From Eledone cirrhosa (taxonomy: Eukaryota): a stretch of 64,000 nt of DNA. Made by a program: the position numbers and the translations under genes. Of this stretch, positions 23,460 to 36,964 are shown piece by piece. The notes under the pieces are model-generated. The model was not told the origin of the DNA, made no database searches, and saw only the letters and a program-made list of their open reading frames with translations. The stretch lies in assembly GCA_964016885.1 (NCBI GenBank), contig OZ024740.1, forward strand, positions 296,732,001 through 296,796,000, written 5' to 3'. Each line of letters begins with the position of its first letter. Position 1 is the first letter of the stretch.

Positions 23460-24255
23460 AACGCAACCCATCTAGGACAGCAATGACTCTGATAAAAAAT
23501 GACTGCATGGAGCAGACATGGAATCTGTAAGCTGTTGTCAAGGCAACCCATCTAGGAGGGCAGTGACTCCGATTAATAACGATGGCACAGGACAGAGGTT
23601 GGACAACATAAGCCATAGTGAAGGTAACCTGTCTAGGAGAGTAGACACTCCAAATAAAAACTGATACAGGGTAGAGAGGACTCTGGAAACCAGTAATACA
23701 GCCTCTCTAGTGTTGGTGGCATGAATAATGCACCCAATCCATGCTATAATGTAGTTGGTGATAGGAAAGCCATCCAGACAGAAAAACCCTACCAAGGAAA
23801 TGTGATCGGCACAAGGATGTTTTTCAATAATTGTGTATACAAGGCTGACACTAGTCATGTTGGTGCTGCACGTGGTTGTGGGGTGGCTAGAGTAGCCATG
23901 TGCAAGAATATCTTGATCATTATCAACCAACTGCACAACCACTTTCCCTTTCAGAAAGGAACAACTGTCAAGGTACAAACCTCAGGACTGCCACCCTCTA
24001 TGTTGGCACCCTGAAAGGTAAATTAAGTCAATTTGTGAAACTGTTAGAGAGAAGAGGTGTAGATGTATGCTGTGTACAAACAGTGTGATGGAGGGGTGCC
24101 TCAGCAAGACTAATCACGGGCAAACAGCTTAGATATAAACTCTACTAGGTAGGAAATGACAATGGGGTAGGTGATATAGGAATCTTACTAGCTGAGAAAT
24201 GGATATTAAGTTAATAGAGAGTTAGAGTAAGTGAGAGTATCGTGAAACTTAGAAA
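23460..24255 (+). mobile_element. RTE LINE 5' fragment (5' UTR repeats plus start of APE endonuclease)
   Basis: LRTATLYVGTLKGK...LERRGVDVCCVQ.V.WRG parallels the 38008 ORF. Three ~80-bp repeats at 23464, 23544 and 23625. Confidence 0.8.
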
Positions 24256-24419
24256 AGCTGTTATATTTGAAAGCACACTGCTTGAGTGCTTGTGGTAATA
24301 ATTATATTTTTTCAATGTGAATATGTTTTGCTAACATGATTCCCTGTTTCATCAGACCTGGCTTACCTCCTCTTTGATGTGTGGTCACGCATCACTAAGG
24401 AGCTTACTGCTACCCTCAC

Positions 24420-27400
24420 TAAAAGGAAAAACGACACCTAAAATGAAAAACGGACCTCCCCCCCCATAAAAAACGGGGCACCCAAATACAAAACGAACCC
24501 CCCCCCCAATATAAAACGGACACCCATATCAAAAAAACGGGACACCCAAATAAAAAAACGAGGCACCCAAATAAAAAACGGGGCATCCAAATAAAGAACC
24601 GGGCACCCAAATAAAATAACGGGGTACCCAAGTAAAAAACGATACACCCAAATAAAAAACCGACCCCCCCCCCCATAAAAAACGGGGAACCCAAATAAAA
24701 AAAACCGACCCCCATAAAAAACGGGGCACCCAAATAAAAAACGGGGCACCCATATAAAAAACGGATCCCTAATAAAAAAAACGGTCACCCAAATAGAAAA
24801 ACGGGGCACCCAAATAAAAAAACGGTGCACCCCCAAACAAACAGGGCAAACCCCCCAAAACGGGGCACCCAAATAAAAAACTAGGCACCCAAATAAAAAA
24901 CGGGGCACCCAAATAAAAAAATGGGGCACCCAAATAAAAAACGGGGCACCCGAATAAAAAACGGATCCTCCCAATAAAAAAACGGGCACCCAAATAGAAA
25001 AACGGGGACCCCAAATAAAAAAAGGGACACGCAAATAAAAAACGGGGCACCCAAATAAATCACGAACTCCCCATAAAAAACGGGCCACCCAAATAAAAGA
25101 ACGGGACACCCAAATAAAAAATAGGGCACCAAAATAAAAAACGGACCCCCCCATAAAATAACGGGGCACCCAAATAAAAACGGGGCACACATAATAAAAC
25201 GGGGCACCCAAATAAAAAATGGGTCACCCATAAAAAACGGGGCACCCAAATAAAAAAACGGGGGACCCAAATATAAAACGGGGCACCCAAATAAAAAAGG
25301 ACCCCCCATAAAGAACCGGGAGACCCAAATAAAAAGCGGGGGAGCCCAAAAAAAAACGGAGCCCCCATAAAAAACGGGGCACCCAAATAAAAAAACGGGA
25401 CACCCAAATGAAAAATGGGGCACCCAAATAAAAAACTGACCCCCCATAAAAAAAACTGGGCACCCAAATAAAAAACGCGGAACCCAAATTAAAAACGGGG
25501 CACCCAAATAAAAAACGGATCCCCCCCCCATAAAAAATGGGACACCCAAATAAAAAACGGCCACCCCCCAATAAAAAACGGGGCACCCAAATAAAACAAC
25601 GGGGCACCCAAATAAAAAAACGGGGCACCCAAATAAAAAATGGGGCACCCAAATAAAAAACGGGGCAGCCAAATAAAAAAACAGGGCACCCAAATAAAAA
25701 ACGGGGTACCCAAATAAAGAACGGGCCACCCAAATAAAAACCGGGGCACCCAAATAAGAAAAACGGGGCACCTAAATAAAAAACGGGGGACCCAAATAAA
25801 AAAAACGGGGGACCCAAATAAAAAACGGGGCAAGCAAATAAAGAACGGAGCCACGCATAAAAAACGGGGCACCCAAATAAAAATGACCCCTCTCTATTAA
25901 AAAAACGGCGCACCCAAATAAAAAAATGGGGAACCCAAATAAAAAACGGAACCCCATTAAAAAACGGACCCCCCCATAAAAAAAACGGGGTACCCAAATA
26001 AAAAACGGGGCACTCAAATAAAAATCGGGGCACCAAAATAAAAAAACGGGGCACCCAAATAAAAAACGGGGCACCCAAATAAAAAACGGGGCACCCATAT
26101 AAAAAACGGGTCACCAAAATAAAAAAAAAGGGGAAACCCAAATGAAGAGCGGAGCACACAAATAAAAAAAAACGAGGCACCCAAATAAAAAACGGGGCAC
26201 CCAAATGAAAAACGGATCTCCCCCTATAAAAGACGGGACACCCAAATAAAAAAAACGGGGCACCCAAATAAAAAACACGGCACCCAAATAAAAAACGGGG
26301 CACCCAAATAAAAAACGGAGCCCGCCCATAAAAGAACGGGGCACCCAAATAAAAAAACGCAGCACCCAAATAAAAAACGGGGCACCCAAATAAAAAAACG
26401 GACCCCCTCATAGAAAATGGGGCACCCAAATGAAAAGCGGACTCCCCGTAAAAAAAAAGGGCGCACCCAAATAAAAAACGGATCCCCCCATAAAAGAACG
26501 GGGCACCCAAATAAAAAAACGCGGCACCCAAATAAAAAACGGGGCACCCAAATAAAAAACGGGACACCCAAATAAATAACGGGACACCCAAATTAAAAAA
26601 ACTGGGCACCCAAATAAAGAATGGGGCACCCAAATAAAAAAACGGGGCACCCAAATAAAAAAACGGGGCACCCAAATAAAATAACGGGGCACCCAAATAA
26701 AAAACGGGGCACCCAAATAAAAAAAAAGAGGCACCCAAATAAAAAAACGGGGCACCCCCCATAAAAAAACAGGACACGCAAATAAAAAACGTACACCCCC
26801 ATAAAAAGAGGGAGCATCCAAATAAAAAACGGACCCCCCGCCATAAAAAAATGGGGCACCCAAATAAAAAATGGAGCCCCAATAAAAAAACGGGGCACCC
26901 AAATAAAAAAACGGGACACCAAAATAAAAAAACCGGGCACCCAAATAAAAAAACGGAGCACCCAAATGTAAAAAGGACCCCCCCCCCATAAAAAAACGGG
27001 GCACCCAAATAAAAAACGGACCACCCCATAAAAAAACGGGGCACCCAAATAAGAAACGGGGCACCCAAATAAAAAAGAAGGGCACCCAAATAAAAAAACG
27101 GGGCACCCAAATAAAAAACGGATCCCCCCATAAAAAAACGGGGCACCCAAATAAAAAAACGGGGCACCCAAATAAAATAACGGGGCACCCAAATAAAAAA
27201 CGGGGCTCCTAATAAAAAAAGGGGCACCCAAATAAAGAACGGGGCTACCAAATAAAAAACGGGGCACCCGAATAAAAAATCGGGATACCCAAATAAAAAA
27301 ACGTGGTACCCAAATAAAAAACGGGGCACACAAATATAAACGGGGCAGCCAAATATAAACGGGGCACCCAAATAAAAAACGGACCCCTCATAAAAAAATG

Positions 27401-29056
27401 GGGCACCCAAATGAAAAGCGGACTCCCCATAAAAAAACGGGGCACCAAATAGAAAACGGACTCCTCCCCATAAAAAACGGGGCACCCAAATAAAAAATGG
27501 GGCACCCAAATAAAAAAACTGGGCACCCAAATAAAAAACGGACACCCTCATAGAAAATGGGGCACCCAAATGAAAAGCGGACTCCCCGTAAAAAAACGGG
27601 GCACCCAAATAAAAAACGGATCCCACCATAAAAAAACGGGGCACCCAAATAAAAAAACGCGGCACCCAAATAAAAAACGGGGCACCCAAATAAAAAACGG
27701 GGCACCCAAATAAATAACGGGGCACCCAAATTAAAAAACTGGGCACCCAAATAAAGAATGGGGCACCCAAATAAAAAAACGGTGCACCCAAATAAAAAAC
27801 GAACCCACCATAAAAAAAGGGGCATCCAAATAAAAACGGGGCACCCAAATACAAAACTGACCCCCACCATAAAAGAAAGGGGCACCCAAATAAAAAACGG
27901 ACCCTCCCCCCATGAAAAAACGGGGCGCCCAAATAAAATAACGGGGCACCCAAATAAAGAACGGGGATCCCAAATAAAAAACGAGGCTCCCGAAGAAAAA
28001 ATCGGGATACCCAAACAAAAACGGGGTACCCAAATAAAAAACGGGGCACCCCCCATAAAAAAACGGGGCATCCAAATAAAAAACGGACCCCCCCATAAAA
28101 AAATGGATACCCCAATAAAAAAAACGGGGCACCCAAATAAAAAACGACCACCCCATAAAAAAACGGGGCCCCAAATAAAAAAACGGGACACCAAAATAAA
28201 AAACCGGGGCACCCAAATAAAAAATGGGGCAGCCAAATAAAAAAACAGTGCACCCAAATAAAAAATGAACGCCCCCATAAAAAAAACGGGGCACCCAAAT
28301 AAAAACGGGGCACCCAAATAAAAAATGGGGCACCCAAATAAAAAAACGGGGCACCCAAATAAAAAACGGGGCACCCAAATAAAAAGAAGGGGCATCCAAA
28401 TAAAAAACGGGGCACCGAAATAAAAAACGGACCCCCCCCCCATAAAAAACGGGGCACAAAATAAAAAACGGACCCCCCCCATAAAAAAACGTGGCACCCA
28501 AATAATAAACGGAGCACCCAAATAAAAAACGGAGCCCCCCATAAAAAAACGGGGCACCCAAATAAAAATGAACTCACCCCCCATAAAAAATCGGGGGAAC
28601 CAAATAAAAACCGGGGCACCCAAATAAAAAACGGGGCATCCAAATAAAAAAACGGGGCACCCAAATAAAAAACGGGGCACCCAAATAAAAAAAACGGGGC
28701 GCCCAAATAAAAAACGGGGCACCCAAATAAAAAAAGGGGCACCCAAATAAAAAACAGGGCACCCAAATAAAAAACGGGGCACCCAAATAAAAAACGGACC
28801 CCCTCCCCATACAAAAAGGGGCACCCAAATAAAAAACGCACCCCCTCATAAAAAAATGGGGCACCCAAATGAAGAGCGGACTCCCCATAAAAAAACGGGG
28901 CACCCAAATAAAAAACGGACCCCCGCATAAAAAAGCGGGGCACCCAAATAAAAAAACGCGGCACCCAAATAAAAAACGGGGCACCCAAATAAAAACGGGG
29001 CACCCAAATAAATAACGGGGCACCGAAATTAAAAAACTGGGCACCCAAATAAAAAC
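24420..29056. repeat. ~4.6-kb satellite of ~21-bp units
   Basis: Dominant unit AACGGGGCACCCAAATAAAAA with interspersed variant AACGGACCCCCCCATAAAAA; roughly 220 units estimated from length. Confidence 0.97.
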
Positions 29057-29179
29057 TTTTGACAACCAAAAATTTTGAAAAAACTAATGAATAACCTTCG
29101 ACCTTCAGAACGCATGATAGGTAGATTTTTGAGACTTATTTTAGGAAAAAAGTAGTGTTTTCGACGATGGAAAATACGG
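29057..29179 (-). mobile_element. Tc1/mariner (pogo/Tigger-like) terminal segment
   Basis: Minus strand starts TA|CCGTATTTTCCATCGTCGAAAACACTACTTTTTTCC, resembling TACCGTATTTT-type termini with a TA target; no partner terminus found. Confidence 0.55.
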
Positions 29180-29224
29180 TACATACATACACATATACAT
29201 ACATACACACATACATACATACAT

Positions 29225-29590
29225 ACATGATGATGGCTGCCCCCTCGTTATTGAGTATGACCATTGCATGATACACCATTATCTGCCATGGGTAAATCTT
29301 AACTATATTGTACCACTTAAAGTGTTTTAAAGTCTCCCTGCTAAAGTCACACAAGATTTTCCATTTCTTCCTATCATAAGCATCCTCCTTCATAATAACC
29401 TGGCTTTCATTTCATCCTCTTTCATTTTTAGCCATGTCTTTCTTGGTCTTCCCTTTCCTCTTCTTCCTTACAACATTCATCCTTCCTCAATACATGACCT
29501 GACCATTTCATTTCATTTCTCTTTACAACATTTATTACAGGTTCAATTTTTATAATTCTTTGCAATTCTATCTCTCACTCTCTCCCACTC
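29225..29590 (-). mobile_element. Degenerate RTE 3' end
   Basis: R.RGKGRPRKTW remnant on the minus strand and a short (CAT)n-type tail. Confidence 0.55.
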
Positions 29591-29599
29591 TCTCCATCC

Positions 29600-30060
29600 A
29601 CCAATCAATTACATATGGTAATAAAACTCAGTAATGCCAATCTCCAGCTCACAATCTACAACCAGCAAATTGCTCAAGTTATGGAGTTTGTATATCTCGG
29701 ACACAAACTATCATCAAACAACAATGGATTGGTTGTTGCACAATATCGAATCACTCTAGGTTGGGCAGCTTTCAACAAGAACAAGGAAGTACTAACATCA
29801 AAACGAGTTTGAAGGCTAAAACCTTTGATACTTACATCCTACCAGTTGTGTTAAATGGTCTTAACTGTGTTAATTGGACGACAAGGTCACTTCAGAAGCT
29901 CTCTACATTCCAGAACTACATCATGACTTATGAGTGGCAAGCGGCTCAGCAACAGTATCTGTATCAGTGAGCTGCTTAACATTACCAAACTTAGACCAAT
30001 TACATCAATTGTCAAGTCAAGTGTACTCAAACTACATAGCCATATAAAAAGATCAACTCG
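29600..30060 (+). mobile_element. Degenerate RTE-like RT thumb fragment
   Basis: VMEFVYLGH...RITLGWAAF, LKAKTFDTYILPVV and LHSHIKR. Confidence 0.7.
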
Positions 30061-30531
30061 TGGTGAACAGTGAACAGTACTGATGAAGCGTGATAGCCAG
30101 AAACATTAGTCTCTGCAGTTCTGTTTACATGCCAACACAAGAGCAAGGCTGTTTGCATAATTGCCAACGAATCGAATATTATTATTAATATTCGAAAAAC
30201 TCAGATTACATATATATATATATATATATATCTATATAAATGAACTAGATATCATCATCATCATCATTTTACGTCCACTTTTCCCTACTTGCAAAGGTGG
30301 GACGGGAACTGATTCTGGCTTGATTTCTACAGCTGGATGCCCTTCCTAACACCAACCTCATTTACAGCCGTACTAAGAGTGAGAAATGAAATTTCATTTT
30401 TTCCATTTATCGTTTTCGGTACGCCCGGCCAACTAACTCACTCGATATGCAAATTCGGTTGCTCAGCCGTTAATATGCATAAGGAAAGTATATACTTTCA
30501 AACGTTCAATTGACTGACAGGAAGGTATATA

Positions 30532-30568
30532 GTGCTGATGACAGTTAATAAGCTAGAAACTAGTTCAT
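30532..30568 (+). ncRNA. Minimal type I hammerhead motif
   Basis: GTG-CTGATGA-C-AGTT-AATA-AGCT-A-GAAA-CTAG-TT-CAT; palindromic stem III (AACTAGTT), GUU triplet, short stem I. Confidence 0.6.
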
Positions 30569-31462
30569 CATTCCTTTGTCAGTGTTGAACAAGAAGGCAA
30601 TGATGGTTGCCGAACACTGTACGGCTTAATTCGGGCTGTTTGTTTGTTTACAAACAAACTGAACATAATAATAAATGTTCGGTAAACCCATACGTACATA
30701 TATATATATGTGTGCATGTATGTATATATATATACATACTACTAAACGTCTGAATACATATATGTATGTACGTATACATACTTATATTTAAGTATCAGCC
30801 GTACTAAGAGTGAGAAATGAAATTTCATTTTTTCCATTTATATATATGTAGATATATATATGTACGAAATCTGTCCGTGCCTTGAACCCTGGGTGACACC
30901 TAAAAGTCAAATTCTAAGTCACCATCCTTTTTGATGTGGACAGTTTCATGCGTAGGCGATCCCTTTGAGGTGGGAGACAGAAAGTGGCAGATATATAAAG
31001 CCTGTATGATCCCACGTCTTACACACAGAACGATCGGAGCAGTACGCTATTACAAGCTTTGTAAAGATCACCGCTATCTACAGGCCACAGTGGTCTACAT
31101 CAACTACAGACCATTACTCTCTCTCTCTCCTGGTCTCAGACTACACCAGCCTCACAACAACAACAACAAAATAACATTGTCAACCTTCGCAACTCATGGT
31201 AACTTGTTTATTGTTCTTTTTAACTGAAGTGAAGTAAACTTTTATATATAAAGTAAATCAGCTATTCATGTTATTTTATCTAACAACCATGTTAATCCAT
31301 CTAGCAATTTCTTACTAACACCACTTCGTTAAATATATAGATAAATGAACTATATATATATATATATATATTTAAATGAACTAGATACATGTCACTGTCC
31401 CCCCTCCCCTCCCCCGCCACCACAATAACGTCTACTCTCTCTCCCTACCACCACATTTACAT

Positions 31463-31640
31463 TGGCAGTATCGGTAGAGGGTCGGACGCCATGCTTTCCA
31501 GCATAGTTACGTCCCTTTACGATCTGAGTTCAAATCCCGCCGAGGTTGACTTTGCCTTTCATCCTTACGGGGTCGATAAAATAAAGCACCAGTAATGCAC
31601 TGGATAATTGCTGGCCTTGTGCCTAAAGTAGAAACAATTA
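31463..31640 (+). mobile_element. tRNA-derived SINE
   Basis: GAGTTCAAATCCCGCCGAGGTTGACTTTGCCTTTCATCC..GGGGTCGATAAAATAA. Confidence 0.85.
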
Positions 31641-32544
31641 CTATCTAGACTGAAGTCAGTGACCTGTTGCCAAACTCTCTACTCTATATTGAATGTGTGT
31701 GTGTGTATATATATATATATGTGGGTTCGACTCCCATGTACGTCAATATTCATCTTTTTCCATTTCTCCCACTATCAGGCTAGATAGTTTCTTTGATTTC
31801 TTTAGTCCAAGTGCGGCGATGGCTTACATTTCTAATAATATATATATATATATGTGTGTGTATATGTATGTATATATATATATATATGTGTGTGTATGTA
31901 TATATGTGTGTGTATGTAATTGTGTGTGTGTGCATGTGTGTTTATTTTTCCTTTCCTTCTTCCTTTTCCAGCCTCACTTTCATATAGATTATATTTTTGT
32001 TTTTAAAATCCAATGTCAATAAATGCACCAGGATTTTTTCATTCTGATGATTGAAAGCAAAATTTGTTTGCTTTCAAGAAACCACTGGTAAATGAAATAA
32101 TTGCCTCATGTTGTTTATTACATAACTATATATATAATTGGAAAATAGTAAAATCGAATCTCTGGCGGTTTGCAAGTAAATTCGGCCTACTTATATGAAA
32201 TGATGAGTTAGCAAAGCACTCGATAAGTTGGGGCCTTAGAGATATATGTAGAAGTTATATTTAATTTATTGGGATACAACAAGCAAATATTTTTATAACT
32301 GATATAAAGCACTCAACAAATTTTTGGAGTAAAAATACAATATATTAATAAATGGAAACTATATTTATAAAACCATATTTATTTCATTTTACATAATTCA
32401 AGGACACCAAAGCAAATTATGGTACGCTTTCATCAGATAAAATATAATATAGATCAGTTTTATAAACAAATATTGACATACCCTTAAAAGAATGCGACCA
32501 TGTCTGTTGGAAGCTCCCGGATAGTATATATATATATATATATT

Positions 32545-34145
32545 GATTTCTTTATTAGCCACAAGGGCGCAACAAGAAAGGGGACAATACAAAGACATGC
32601 CGGGGATTTTACATACAGTCGTGTAAAAAATATAAAAACAAACAATTTCAACAATCGAAATCCCCAATAGGGGGGAGGCGCCACAAATGGGTTGTTTAAT
32701 ACCCCGTCGATAGAACAACCCTCAACTCAAGGAGCGTGTTGTGCAAGTGCTCCTTTCTTCCTTTTGCTCTCTTCCTCAACCTACAGGCTTATAAACAGAG
32801 AAGGCCCAATCACTCGGGCCATTTTCGCTTCATTCACCCACCTTTCAGTAAATTTACTGGGGTGCAGTGCCTCTCTCTCCACCCTGATTCTCCTTCTAAA
32901 GTGATACTTAAAGAATGGAATCAATTGTTGTCCGGAGAGAAAGGCATCTGTCCTCAGTCCTCTCAACCTCGTCCACCATATAACTTCTTTCACCATAGCC
33001 ACCGTACAGAGGAAAACCGCCTCTCTTTCGTTTTTGAAAGAGTCTGGCGGTTTGATCCTTACTATGGATTCGGCAGTCAACTGTATTTGTCCCATACGCG
33101 ACAGCAGTTGTTCTGCATAGTTCCACAGGTCGCTTACGCCCGGGCAGTGTACAATTGCGTGCAGAACTGTTTCAATGTCCTGCGCACATCTTGGACACGT
33201 CCTCTTGGAAGGATCCCTGCCAGGGCGTCCGTGCCTGTAGATCTTGTCACGAACCGGTAGAGCTCCTCGGTAGCACTGCCAGGCCAGGGACCTCTGGAAG
33301 TTGTCCATAGGTCCCGGGCGGAAAGTCCTACCAAACATACTGGTGAGCTCATCGTCTTCGACGCCCAGAGTCTCTCCGAGCACGTCGTCGCCCTTGTAAC
33401 GTACAATCCCTCTATAGAATGTCGAAGTGGAGTATCCACTGATTGCTGCGCCCGCTTGCCAGAGGACTGTGAGCGCCTGAGCGCATTCAATGTGCCAGGC
33501 GCCCATCGTTTTCGGTCTTTTCTTCACCCAGGACTGCAGCTCCGTTAGCGAGACGAGCTGTGGGAAAGCCTGTCTCACAAACGGTGCCCACACCGGTTGG
33601 GGGTCGGTGAGGAATACCTGGAGATGCCGCAGCCTCAGCGCATGTTTGCGCATCATCAGCCACAGCATTCCCAGCCCTCCGTTGGAAGGGTGCTGACAGC
33701 AGACGGATCTCCTCACCAGCGGAGCCTGCTTCTTCCACAGAAACTGGAAGAGCATGCGTTCCATCTTGGCGAGGTGTTCACGGGGACAAGGCACGACAGT
33801 CAAGCGGTAGTAGATGACGGACGCTATGAAAGTGTTCGCCACCTCCGCTCGACCTTTCAAGGACAGTTTGCACTCTGCCCACTTCTGAGTGAGTGCAAAC
33901 ACCTTGGCCGTGACCTCGTTCCAGTTTTTCTCCACCTGGAGGTCTGGACCGAACCAGACCCCGAGCAATTTCACCGGTCCGTCCGTCCAGCGTCCAACGA
34001 CGCTGTCGGATGTCATCGGTTTGCCTCTCCACGTACCGAGTTGCAAACCGACAGACTTGTCTGGGTTTAGTTTTGCTCCCGTCAGCGTTTCGTATTCTTT
34101 CAGTATGTTGCCGATCACCCCGATTTCCGAGGTGCTCGACACCAT
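32545..34145 (-). mobile_element. Tx1/L1-like LINE, 5'-truncated, with intact 454-aa ORF2 C-terminus
   Basis: GAKLNPDKS, VKLLGVWF, LSLKGR, GGLG and CPRC..ETVLHAIVHCP motifs; AATAAA, then (TA)n. Confidence 0.92.
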
Positions 34146-34154
34146 TATATATTA

Positions 34155-35002
34155 TGGCATTTTTTGCCAGCTTATTATAGGTCTGTGGGTCTACCTCATA
34201 AACGTTTTTGGTTTTATCGGAGGAGACATGAAGATTAGGGGATTTTTTTATATTCCGCAATTCAGTATTTAAGTAGGCCTGGAATGGTGTGGTGGCTCTA
34301 CGGAATTTGATATCTTTGATCATCTTGAAGAGGTTTTCTTCAAATGGTTCAAGTAGGCTGTTGGTGGGTGGTGCCTTATTCGTTTTGAAGCCGAACTTCT
34401 CATCATTGGTAGATGCTACATCAGGGTTGTCGAGGAAGAAGGCTCTCCATCTAACCTTGATGTCTCCATGAAGAACATCCCCATCCCCCCAAGGAAACTT
34501 TACTTAAAAACACTCATCAGACGTACCGACGAGTTCATCAAGCGAATTAGATGGAGAGCCTTCTTCCACGACAACCCTGATGTAGCATCTACCAATGATG
34601 AGAAGTTCGGCTTCAAAACGAATAAGGCACCACCCACCAACAGCCTACTTGAACCATTTGAAGAAAACCTCTTCAAGATGATCAAAGATATCAAATTCCG
34701 TAGAGCCACCACACCATTCCAGGCCTACTTAAATACTGAATTGCGGAATATAAAAGAATCCCCTAATCTTCATGTCTCCTCCGATAAAACCAAAAACGTT
34801 TATGAGGTAGACCCACAGACCTACAATAAGCTGGCAAAAAATGCCACCACGACCACCTACAAAAAGGTAATAGAGATGGCATTGACTGAGACAAACGCGG
34901 CCGGAAAAGAAATCGCCAAGTCCCTTAAATTACATGACCGAACCGAAACTTTAAGGGTAAAGACCCCGCACTTTACCCTGAAGGACCATAAGGAAAACTT
35001 CC
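34155..35002 (+). mobile_element. Penelope-like ORF N-terminal/RT-proximal fragment with inverted duplication
   Basis: MKNIPIP...IKRIRWRAFF...FGFKT...SDKTKNVY...FTLKDHKENF. 34155-34454 is the reverse complement of 34547-34846. Confidence 0.85.
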
Positions 35003-35020
35003 TGTATATATATATATATA

Positions 35021-35683
<663 letters not shown>

Positions 35684-35798
35684 ATAGAGGTGTAACACAC
35701 AAGTTATTATATATTGGTAAACGGAATAGAAAATGCTGACAAATTGTTCACAGTTGAAAAATGGTTTAATTAGGAATAAAAGAGTATTAGTGATTGTA

Positions 35799-36020
35799 TG
35801 GGTTAGTATTCAGTTGTGGTTTAAAGTTTTTAAGTTTTTACCGGTTGCGCATTTCTAAATGCTTTTCAAAAATAATTTTGAGATAGAGTGTCCGTGCTGT
35901 TTGCTCTGATCAGAGCAAACAGCACGGACACTCTATCTCAAAATTATTTTTGAAAAGCATTTAGAAATGCGCAACCGGTAAAAACTTAAAAACTTTAAAC
36001 CACAACTGAATACTAACCCA
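35799..36020. repeat. 222-bp palindrome without spacer
   Basis: Centre GCTCTGATCAGAGC at 35909/35910; 111-bp arms, no mismatch seen by eye. Confidence 0.95.
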
Positions 36021-36290
36021 AGGAGCAACTTGACGAATTCTTCGTCATTATCTTGGCACAGTTGCCGGAAAATTCGTTCATTGAGGGAATGCCGTTTGAT
36101 AAAATTGATGACATCAAGGGCCACCTGCAAGGACTTGCTCAGTGGCTTGCTGAGTTTCTTCACAGCCAAGTGTTGTCGATGAATGACACAATGAACAAAA
36201 CAAATACAGATAGATTTTCTCTCTTCAGAAGAGTGACGAAACCCTTATGTTGGTCGACCATTGCTCTAGCGTCGTCCGTAGCACATGATA
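36021..36290 (-). mobile_element. hAT (Buster-like) transposase fragment
   Basis: HRQHLAVKKLS..L...LDVINFIKRHSLNERIFRQLC....EEFVKLL. Confidence 0.8.
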
Positions 36291-36293
36291 CAA

Positions 36294-36697
36294 TGTGTTG
36301 TATTTGGTCCTAGATGTATGTATTACCTGCCTGTGTGTTGTAGGTAGTCCTAGATGTATGTATTACCTGCCTGTGTGTTGTAGCTAGTCCTAGATGTATG
36401 TATTACCTGCTTATGTATTGCATCTGGTCCTAGATGTATGTATTACCTGATTATGTGTTGTATGTGGTCCTAGATGTTTGTATTACCTGCTTATGTGTTG
36501 TATGTGGTTCTAGATGTGTGTGCTACCTCCTTATGTGTTGCATGTGGTCCTAGATGTGTGTATTACCTGCTTATATGTTGTATGTGGTCCTAGATGTGTG
36601 TATTACCTGCTTATGTGTTGTATGTGGTCCTAGATGTGTGTATTATCTGATTATCTGTTTATGTGGTCCTAGATGTGTGTGCTACCCGCTTCTGTGT
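36294..36697. repeat. 40-bp minisatellite x10
   Basis: TAGATG recurs every 40 nt from 36311; unit GGTCCTAGATGTGTGTATTACCTGCTTATGTGTTGTATGT. Confidence 0.95.
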
Positions 36698-36964
36698 TTT
36701 TTTTTTTCTTTTTTTTATACGCTTGAGTCAATAATTTCAGACATGAAATACATTGTTATCGAAATACATTGTTAAGGAAAGACAAGATTCTAACTGGCTG
36801 CGCTTGAAGTGTCCTTGACCCAGTTGACTGTGCGTTTTTCCATTGTTAGGATCTCAATTACCGGTTAATGTCTAAACACGCCTGCATACCTGCTCACAGC
36901 TGCGGTCAGACCATAGTTATGCTGTCTGCGTGCTCATTCAAGAAAATAACTATAATAATAATCA

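Noticed and set aside
24420-29056. CRISPR-like appearance of repeats with variable interspersed units
   Set aside because: Units are contiguous, the variants are related to the repeat rather than unique spacers, the context is eukaryotic, and there are no cas genes.
25224-29069. 1281-aa ORF and overlapping ORFs
   Set aside because: Translation of the 21-bp satellite, whose minus strand rarely contains stop codons; several frames are open and there is no protein signal.
31722-31740. GGGTTCGACTCCC T-loop/B-box as a tRNA gene
   Set aside because: No cloverleaf or A-box; probably a SINE head fragment.
32425-32445. CTGATGAAAG on the minus strand (similar at 24345-24356 and 32044)
   Set aside because: No room for stem II; not a hammerhead.
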